A model generated the notes under the pieces. That model was not told where the DNA came from. It saw only the letters and a program-made list of their open reading frames with translations, and searched no databases. DNA of 64,000 bases from assembly GCA_009914755.4 (NCBI GenBank), contig CP068257.2, positions 11,680,001 to 11,744,000 of the forward strand, written 5' to 3'. Source of the stretch: the human T2T-CHM13v2.0 reference genome, Homo sapiens. Of the stretch, positions 53,944 through 64,000 are shown in pieces. Every line of letters begins with the position of its first letter. Positions within the stretch are counted from its first letter, which is position 1. Position numbers and translations under genes: made by a program.

Positions 53944-56560
53944 AACTAAATTATAAAAATTACTAAACTAGTCTGAAGGAAGCAATAAAAGAACAAAACA
54001 AAGCAAAGAAGATCTGGGACTAACAGAAATCAAACAGCATGGTGACAGACAACTTTTATCACATCAATAATTACATTATAAATTAAACTGGTCTAAAAAC
54101 CTCTGCTCAAAGGCAGATTGTCAGAACGGATATAAAAGTGAGATCTACCTGTATAACACCTATAAGAAATAAACTTTAAATATAAAGACAAAAATTGGTT
54201 AAAGATGAAACAAGATATACCACACTAACGCTTGAAAAAAGAAGGCTGAGGAAGAGTGGTTGTATTAATATCAAAGTACATTTCATAGCAAAAACATTAC
54301 CAGCAATAAACAAGGTGATTTTATAGTGACAAAGGGTTCACTTAATCAAGAAAACATAAGTCCTAAATATTTATGTAGATAATAACATAAATGCTTCAAA
54401 ATACATGATACAAAAATAGATAGAACTGCAAAAGAAATGGACAAATGCCTAAGTATAGTCTAAAATTTCTAAACCCCTTGCTCAAGTGGTAGAATAAGGA
54501 GGCAGAAAATCAGCAAGAATATGGTAGACTTAACACCATTCTTCAGAAGTACTCAAGGACTATATTCTAGATTATATCTTAGTAAAAGGATTAAGAAGGA
54601 TTTAAGTCATACAAAACATGTTACCTGACCCAAAAGCAATCAAATTAAAAATCAATAATAAAAATGTACCTGAAACAACTCAACTATTGGAAATTAAGTA
54701 ACATAACATCCAAATAACCCTGGGTTGGTTCCAAAAATAGTAAAAAGAAAAATTAGAAAGTATTTTGAACTAACTTCAAATGAAAACACAGCACATTAGA
54801 TATTGTAAAATGCATCTACAACAGCACTTAAATAAAACTTTCCAGCATTGAATGTCTACATTAGAAGACTCTCAAGTAAATAACTTCGACTTTTACCTGA
54901 AGAAACTAAAAAAAAAAAAAAAGAAAGTAAATTCAATGGAAGCAGAGGAAAGGATAAATATTCGTATTGGTTTGAATGTCTTTGTCCTTGCAATTTTCAT
55001 ATGCCAAAATGAAATCACAGAGGTGATGTTATTAGGAGGTAGGAGTTTTTGGATGTAATTAGGTCATGAGGGCCACCCTTCATAAATGGATTAATGCTCT
55101 GACAGAAATAACCCCAGAGAGCCTCTTTACCCTTTCTGCCATGTGAGGGCACAGGGAAAAAGAATGCATCAATGAATCATGAAGTGGTACCTCTTCAGAC
55201 ATCAAATCTGATGATACCTTGATCTTGAACTGTGCAGCTTCCAAAATTGTGAGAATTCAATTTATGTTGTTGATAAGCTCCCAACTATAGATTTTTTAAA
55301 TACTAGGCAAAGAGAACTAAAACATCAGAGATGGAACTAATAAAACACAAAAATGATGGAAGAGTTGAAAAATACCAAACACTTTGAGAGGATCAATAAA
55401 AGCAAAAGTCTATCTAGCCAAACTAGCTCTTGAAAAGAGAAAGCTACAATTACTAACTTTGGAAATGAGTTAATGTGACATTATTTTAGATTCTACAGAT
55501 ACTTAAAAATACAAGGTAATATTATAAAATTTATGTGAATAAACATGACAACTTAGACAAAATGGACAAATTCATTGAAATGTGAAAATTACCCTCTGAT
55601 CTTTGACAAAACTGGAAAAAAAGCAATGTGAAAAGAATTCCCTATTTAATAAATGATGTTGGGAAAACTGGCTGGCCATATGCAGAAAACTGAAAGTTGA
55701 CCACTTCCTTACACCTTATACAAAAATTAACTCAAGATGGATTAAAGACTTAAATGTTAGACCTAAAACCATAAAAAGCCTAGAAGAAATCCTAGGCAAT
55801 ACCATTCAGGACATAGGCATGGGCAAATACTTCAGAACTAAAACATCAAAAGCAATGGCAACAAAAGCTAAAATTGACAAATGGGACCTAATTAAACTAA
55901 AGAGCTTCAGCATAGCAAAAGAAACTACCATCAGAGTGAACAAAATGAACAGGCAACCTACAGAATGGGAGAAAATTTCGGCAATCTATCCATCTGACAA
56001 AGGGCTAAATCCAGAATGTACAAGAACTTAAACAAGTTTAAAAAAAAAATCGAACAACCCCATCAAAAAGTGGGTGAAGGATATGAACAGACACTTCTGA
56101 AAAGAAGACATTTATGCAGCCAACAGACACGTGAAAAAAATGCTCATCATCACTGGCCATCAGAGAAATGCAAATCAAAACCACAATGAGATACCATCTC
56201 ACACCAGTTAGAATGGCGATCATTAAAAAGTCAGGAAACAACAGGTGCTGGAGAGGCTGTGAAGAAATAGGAACACTTTCACACTGCTGGTGGGAGTGTA
56301 AACTCGCTCAACCATTGTGGAAGACAGTGTGGCGATTCTTCAAGGATCTGGAACCAGAAATACCATTTGATCCAGCGATCCCATTACCGGATATATACCC
56401 AAAGGATTATAAATGATGCTACTATAAAGACACACGCACACATATGTTTATTGTGGCACTATTTACAATAGCAAAGGCTTGGAAGCAACCCAAATGCCCA
56501 TCAATGATAGACTGGATTAAGAAAATGTGGCATATATGTACCATGAAGTTCATATGTACT
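53100..56560 (+). mobile_element. Old L1 (L1M/L1P-type) in sense orientation: ORF1-like and ORF2-like degenerate sequence, then a better-preserved ORF2 3' portion (about 55645-56560). Carries an internal (TA)n at 53896-53935 and an unrelated old interspersed-repeat insert near 54990-55290
   Basis: 55645-56560 reads ...tgggaaaactggctggccatatgcagaaaactgaaagttgaccacttccttacaccttatacaaaaattaactcaagatggattaaagacttaaatgttagacctaaaaccataaaaa...atgctcatcatcactggccatcagagaaatgcaaatcaaaaccacaatgagataccatctcacaccagttagaatggcgatcattaaaaagtcaggaaacaacaggtgctggagagg..., which is canonical L1 ORF2 3' sequence. Track ORFs 55819-56031 and 56168-56416 carry L1 ORF2p C-terminal text. Confidence 0.8.
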
Positions 56561-57081
56561 ATGAAGTCTATACTGCACTGTTTCAGGGAAATAATGTGTT
56601 ACAACAGCATAGCTTTAATGGTCCATAGGTCACAGTTTTCACTTTTATTAAAGTAGATGATTGTACATAGTGATACTTGAAATATTTTAGTTTCAGTTTC
56701 TAATATATCAAAAATCAGTAGGTAAAAACCAACTTAAATGAAGACTGATATCTCATTTATTTTTATTTTCATATATTTGTTTTTTGCATAAACAAACTTT
56801 AATTAGTTGTGGTGCAGTTATATAATGGAATTCTATAAAGAACCTAATATAAACAAAACCAAAGTTAATTCTACACATTATGGATGGATCTAACAATATA
56901 ATGCTGATCAAACAAAGAATGTTACAGAAAATTACACAATGTACAATTATTTACATATTAGCAGTTGAAAACAAATTCTACATATTATCTATGACCATGC
57001 ACATATGTCGTATAATGTTTAAGCATGCATAGGAATAATATAAAAAACCAGTTTAGACAATTGTTTACCTCTAAACCATGA

Positions 57082-57447
<366 letters not shown>

Positions 57448-60400
57448 TAAGCTAATCAGAACAACAGATTTCCTTAGGATGCTTCAAATGACTACAGTCC
57501 CATGAGGTAACCAATGTTAAAACACAATTGGCATGTCAAAATTGAAGCTTTCCCTGCAGTAAAGGGTAGAATTTGAATCAATTTTTGAACAGAAAAAATA
57601 TTAGAGTTTAAAAATACACCTTCTTGAATCTTTAAGTCATACAGACATTCCCAATACAAAACATTACAGTATGAGGACATGAAAGCAGAAACACCTGAAA
57701 TTAAAGCTACTTTTTAAAAAAACTAATTAAAATTCGTGTTCTTGTAAGTAATCAGTTTTTCAAATGTGGATACCACTATTGACATTATTAACTCAAATAT
57801 TTCCATAATATTTGAAAAATAAACATTGGGGAGATGAGACTATTAATATGTCAACTATTGAAATATTCATTTTAATATAGTTGAACTGTAAAATTTACCT
57901 GCTCTCAATGTTTGTTTATTCTTCCATTCTAAGCCTTTATTTGGAACAGAGTTTTGCATTTCAGTGGCAGGCTAAACGGGTTTGGAAGAAAAATGATTAA
58001 TAACGAATGTGTACTTCACAAAATACATAGTTAATAAATAATGCAAGATAAAATTATAAAACTCAATACCTCAAAGTGAGAAGGCTTTTCAGGAGACTCT
58101 AAAAAGCAAAAGAGATTTATTATCAGTCATAAGTAAATATGACAAAATCAGCCACAAATGAATCCAGTGATAGTATCTAACTAAGTCCTTTTTCTCAGCT
58201 TTGAGAATGACTCCTTTAGGTTTAGGGGGTTTTCTTTCGGTATGTTTCTTTAGGACACTCACATGACAGAAATACACTGAAGAAACTAGGAATCTAGGCT
58301 TCATCAAACATGCACTTAAGACTTCAAAAGTGAGAATGTGTTGTGCATGCAAAATGTGTTGATATTAATATGTATATGCTGAGTGATGAAAAGAGAAATG
58401 ATCTTTGATCAGAGGAGCAAATTATGACCCAGAAAAAATAAATGTCAAAGCTGAATATAGAATCCTACACCATATATTCAGTGAAATACACTGGAATAAT
58501 TTATTTCATTACATTAATCACGTTCTTTAATTTGTCCTACAATTGAGATGGTACACCGTTATGATGAGAGTTCAGCTGAATGCAGAACTGACATCTCATC
58601 ACTGAACATGTTACAAATTGATCAGCTTGGATATTTACTTAATGGATAATACTAAATAAAATATTCATTGTTTCCCATATCCTTGCAGTGTAATCATATG
58701 CCTACATTGCTGTATCCTCTAGTTTATCCTCAGAAATTTTCTTGATTCACTCATGCAAAAAATACTATAAAACTCATTAAAAAAATTGTATAGTGAGCTT
58801 TCAATATTGATATGTTTATTTGAAAATTTATGGCAACATACTTATCACATATAAATAACATTTTATATTTTTAAATCAGACAATATTTATTTTAAAAAAC
58901 AATTTTAGAATTCAAGTAATAAATTCTGTAATTTTTTGTTTCTAAAAATTAGTTGGCTTTGTTTATTATGGTAAGTGTCTAATAGATTTTTATAGAACAA
59001 CAATTTTACCAAAACAATTTGCTTCATTAAACATAAAGCCAATGCTCTTAGATTCAAATATCTCTCATTTGAATAGCTAATATCAACAAAATATAAACAT
59101 TTTATGCCTGATAGTAATAGAGAAAACTAATGAGTCACCATGGTTTACTCCAATTCTAGTAATCCTCCTGCTTCCGGTAGTCTCTGGAGTACCCACAATC
59201 TAATCTTCTGGAGTGCAAATATTGTAAATGCAACTGAAGTGAATTCACTCAAATTTCCTTTTCAGAAACTCCAAAGTTGGCTGGCTATATTCTTTCTTGC
59301 TGCGTTTCATGCCTCACAATCCCTCTTCCTTAGCCAAAATAATGTCTACATCTGTGGTCTTGATTCTTCCCATTCAACATCTTTTAAAATCAATTTTCCC
59401 AACACTTTCTTTCTCTTTGATTAGGGTAGTATCTGACATCTGTAATTACTATTTCTTTACCTCTTTTTTCCCCTCTGGTCAGAAACATACTCAGAAATAA
59501 AAGCAATATAATGCTTTCTCTTGACCCTGCTATGTCTTGAACTTCTATCCAACTGCCCTTCTTCCAGATTTTTCCAAAGGAAAGGCTGTTCCCTTGCTAC
59601 CTAAGAGTGAGGTCCAAGGACCACCAGCAACAGCATCACTTGAGAATTTATTAAAAATGCCAGAATCCCAAGTCTGCTGAGTCACAGCGTGCATTGTTAA
59701 CAAGGTATTCAGCTGATTTTCTAAAGTGTGAAAACTTCTCGTCTATACTGAGTGTATATAACAAATTATATACACGCATGGCTGTGCAAATATGCTTATA
59801 TTCACATACTGCAGATAAAACACAACTCTCCATGGTCAGGTGCTTCCATCCCTAATGCCTTCCCACCGGTGAGAAAGATAAGACCGACAACATGTTTGCT
59901 GTAATTCTCTGCCAAATTTTGGTAATGGAAGGTCACTTTATATTCTTCCCAGCTTTCTAACCATGCTCTATCTTTCTCTAAAGAGTTATTTTATTTTACC
60001 ATTCTCCATTATGTAAACCTGCTTTTTGTTCCCTCATGTACTCCCTGTACTCTCTGTCTTCCTCAGTCTTCATTCCTTGTTTTACTCCTTTCCTCAGGTC
60101 TTAGAGTATGTTGAATTTAAACTAATAATTCAGCTCTTTTTTGGCACTCTCAATATAATCTGTTGCCAACACCTGAGAAGACACATAACTTTCACTGCCT
60201 TTGTTCTTCCATGTTATGCATTTAAAAAATAATTTTCTCTGGCTGTCAGAGTATATCAGTCCTCATGCTTTGAGACAAACATTTGGACAAAAGATGTTTT
60301 AAATAAAAAATGGTTCTTACCTTCTATTTTGCCATTTGTTGTCTTTATTTCTTTTTGATATGTAGCCTAAGTAAACACTCATAATTCTGTGTATCACTCA

Positions 60401-60454
60401 CAGAGATAATCTGTTAAAGATAATATTAATAATTTCTTTTTTTACTATTTTTTT

Positions 60455-60738
60455 ATTTTGTTTTTCTGAGATGAAGCCTCGCAGTGTTGCCCAGTGGCAT
60501 GATCTTGGCTCATTGCAACCTCCGGCTCCAAAGACCAAGTAATTATCCTGCCTCCGTGTCCCGAGTAGCTGGGACTACAGGCATGAGCTACCACACCTGG
60601 CTAAATTTTTGTATTTTTATTAGAGACAGGTTTCACCATGTTGGCTAGGCTGGTCTCAAACTCCTGACTTCAAGTGATCTGCCCACCTCGCCCTCCGAAA
60701 ATACTGGGATTACAGGTGTGAGCCACCACAGCCTGCCT
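60455..60738 (-). mobile_element. Alu (antisense)
   Basis: tttttctgagatgaagcctcgcagtgttgcccagtggcatgatcttggctcattgcaacctccggctcc...ctgggattacaggtgtgagccaccacagcctgcc. Confidence 0.85.
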
Positions 60739-62954
60739 CAATAAATAATTTCAATTTAAAAATAATAATGACAAGCATCACATTTTTTATTAAAAATCTT
60801 TTTTAAAACACATTTTTTAACTTTAAAGGCAATTAGATTTAAGGCTGTTCACATATTGAAAACCAAAACATTTCAAGAGAAAACCTCAAATATGCTCTGT
60901 AGATTACGCTTATCTTTTATTTTCATGTGGCTATTGACTAGGTTACTGAGCAAGGAAAATAATCATATTCGCAAAAAAATTCACTCGTGCATATTTTAAA
61001 AGGAATTTACTTCAAAGTATCTGCCTTACACTGTAGTCCTCACCAAAAACAATAGGACATTTCAAACAAAATACAATATGATTCAACATTTGACATATGC
61101 ATAATTATAGATTTTTTTGGTTAAAAACTATGCATGGCATGAAGAGAATTTTCAGAGTATGTCGTGCGAAGTAGGAATAGAACTCTGTTAAAAGCTGTTT
61201 CATTTAGGAAAACAAGGGCATAAAATAATGAAAATAATTTTACATCTTTTTTGCTGATACAGAACTGCTTGAATAAAAGGAAAGATTCTTAAGGAAAATT
61301 TATATTTATGTTATTTTTAAATGAAAACAAGCAATCATTAGATAAAGTATGCAATTCGTTCTTAAGGCATAACTTCAGAAAAGTAGAGCAAGCCTTCATA
61401 TAAAGAGAAAAATAAAAACATGTATTCGTGAAACATCTAACATGTGACAGACACATATTTGCAGACTTTTCTTCACCTTAGAATAATGAGGATGACGATG
61501 ACATTGGTGGTTACCCCACTTTCTGTATCCTAGTCATTCTAGGTTGTTAAGAACAAAATGATGAACAAATATGGTCCACTGCCCTCTCTGTTCAGAAGTC
61601 TTCCTCCTAGACTTTCATATGGCATACTCCTCATCTTTGAGACGGGAGATTAAATGGCAGTTGCAGAAAGATCTACTCTGACCATGGAATTCCACTGCCA
61701 CTCCCATACGCGTGCTAATTATAAAGTTCTTCAATTTTCTCTTAAGGAACATTCTCTGTTTTGTTTTAAAGAAAAAGTTACAGTAATTTGTAAGTGTTTT
61801 TCATTTGTTATTCTCTTCCTACTACTGCAGCATAATCTTTCATCTTGGATATTCAGAGACTCACTGCCTAGTACACAGCTGGTACTCAGAAAGAAATTAC
61901 TCCAGGTCAAAACATTGAAAATCTCATCAGGAAAGTCTCACTTTCCAAACTGCTATATTTCTATGGAAAATCTGCAGTAGTAGCCTGCTGAAAGTTACCA
62001 TCCCCTTACCCAAAATTAGAAATCCACATGCCTGTTCTTACTTCCCATTCTTGTGCTAACAATACTGCTTTCACATAAATGCCACTTTGAACATTTTGTC
62101 TTACATTTGTATACAGACTTTCCAGTTTAAAAAATGTTTTCACATTTGTTACAACATTATTTCATCACATGCACCTAAGAGGTAGATATGAGCGCTATTT
62201 TTATAAACAAAGTTACTGGTATTTGATTAGATTAATTGATTTTTTTCCAAGTTCCCATAGCTAGTAAGTGACAGAACCAAATACAGACTTATCTTTTGAC
62301 ATCCACTCATTGCTGTTACCACTATGCAGCTGCTGCTTCTGCCTAACTGGTGAGGCCTTTGCTATCTCTTCCACATCCACAGTTGTGACCTTGGAATACA
62401 TCATTATTATTTGATACCTATGTGGCTGCAAACATGGCTGCCATAAATGGACTCAAAGAGTTCTATTTGTGGAAAAAAGTCCACTTATTAAAATACTACT
62501 CAACCAAATTGTTGTTATTATAGTTTTACAGGTGTCCTATTTCTCATGTTTATCCAACTCCTGAAATGTTCCTTCAGATCTATACTGGATAATCAAAATA
62601 TGCCAATACTTTCAGAGTCCCAGGAATTATCTTTTCAAGTTCCAAGTTGAGTAAGACTAAGACTACAGTTTAAACTCTTTCTCCTCGAATCCAGTTAGAG
62701 CTTTTGTACATCTAGATATACACAGAATCATACAGTTTTGCCCATAAATGAATGTGGAGACATCATTTAGTTTTTAGACAAACTTAACTTCAGAACTCAA
62801 GTAGATTCCTAATGCCTTCTAAGCCTTATTTTGTTTTGCACTACTCTACACTGGCTTCAAAATTAATCCTGCAAATTAGCAGAATTGCACTATGCAGCTG
62901 TTATCTACTTGGAACATGATTATAAAGTATGTTCTGATAAATGTCAGAAAATAA

Positions 62955-63215
62955 TTTCTTTTTTTTTGGTTTGTTTTTTGAGATGGAGTCTCGCTCTGTT
63001 GCCCATGCTGGAATGCAGTGGCATGATCTGGGCTCACTGCAAGCTCCACCTTCTGGGTTCACGCCATTCTCCTGCCTCAGTCTCCTGAGTAGCTGGGACT
63101 ACAGGTGCCTGCCACCATGCCTGGCTAATTTTTTTGTATTTTTAGTAGAGACGGGGTTTCACCATATTAGCCAGGATGGTCACAATCTCCTGACCTCGTG
63201 ATCCACCTGCCTTAT
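62955..63215 (-). mobile_element. Alu (antisense), truncated at its 5' end
   Basis: tttttttttggtttgttttttgagatggagtctcgctctgttgcccatgctggaatgcagtggcatgatctgggctcactgcaagctccacc...gggtttcaccatattagccaggatggtcacaatctcctgacctcgtgatccacctgcc. Confidence 0.85.
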
Positions 63216-64000
63216 GGACATAATCAGAGGTGAGAGAATAAAGTCAAATCATCTTTTTATGTTTTAAGATTACTGAGTACTTAAGTTTTAAAATAACAAC
63301 AACAACAACAATACACAGTACCTCAGAATCTGAAGTTGATTTTGTATCTTCTTTTCTTCTAATTCTGATGTGGGCATCTTATCTACAAAATGTTATTCAC
63401 AGACATGTATATGAGAATGTTTATTACTGTAAATCATAAAACTATATACAAATCTATTTCCATTTATGAGTATTTCAAAAATAAAAATAATAGCAAAAAT
63501 AGAATTTCAGAATTGAAGCAGGTTCAGAAAAAAAAGAGTTGATAGTATGAAGAAAGATATCAAAATGTACTTTTTTAAGTAGACATTGTATTTTGGGCTA
63601 AAAAATTGTTTTCTATATAACAGCATTTAAACACAGAAAAATTTTCAGAGATATTCACTAACTTACCACTTCTATTATTTTGGTATAAAAAATAAAATTG
63701 TCATTACTTGTTTGATCTTGTGGAGCTCGTTCAATAATGCCAATATCACGTTCTCGTTGTCCAGTTACTGTCTTTGTTGCTGCCTCCTATTACAAACAAA
63801 ACACAGAAAGCAAACACACACAAAAAAAACTTCAGAAAAAGTTGTATTTATTCACTCAATCAATTTGTCAGAAAGACAACAACAACAACAAAAAACATAC
63901 TTTGTATCTGTCAAATCATATGCACTATCCTGGGAGAAGCAGAAAATATACATGGAAGATACATTCTGGCTTATGTTCAAGAAATGGTAGAGATATGTGA

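Overview
The window is primate (human-type) nuclear DNA, not prokaryotic. It contains many Alu SINEs with A-tails, L1 ORF2 and 3'-end fragments, MIR and MaLR/THE1 relics, an SVA composite retrotransposon, and GT-AG-bounded exons. It is a patchwork typical of pericentromeric or subtelomeric segmental duplications. I can support the following content. (i) A plus-strand duplicon carrying exons 2 and 3 of FGF7 (keratinocyte growth factor), with intact splice sites and an open frame to the native stop codon, but diverged from FGF7 itself. It looks like one of the dispersed KGFLP/FGF7P partial copies. (ii) Three minus-strand exons of an ANKRD26-family coiled-coil gene (ANKRD20A-like), carrying apparent frameshifts. 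(iii) An internalised, degenerate (CCCTAA)n telomere array directly abutting a truncated L1. It is followed by TAR1-like subtelomeric repeats that include the 37-bp-type TERRA-promoter-like tandem repeats. (iv) A block of three adjacent GC-rich or GA-rich tandem-repeat arrays (about 36.5-39.4 kb). (v) A 5'-truncated SVA with a roughly 2.2 kb VNTR inserted into an antisense L1 that also carries a nested Alu. (vi) Numerous microsatellites and minisatellites. No CRISPR array, operon or defence system is present. All large low-complexity ORFs in the six-frame track come from tandem repeats. Coordinates are from manual reading and may be off by a few bases.
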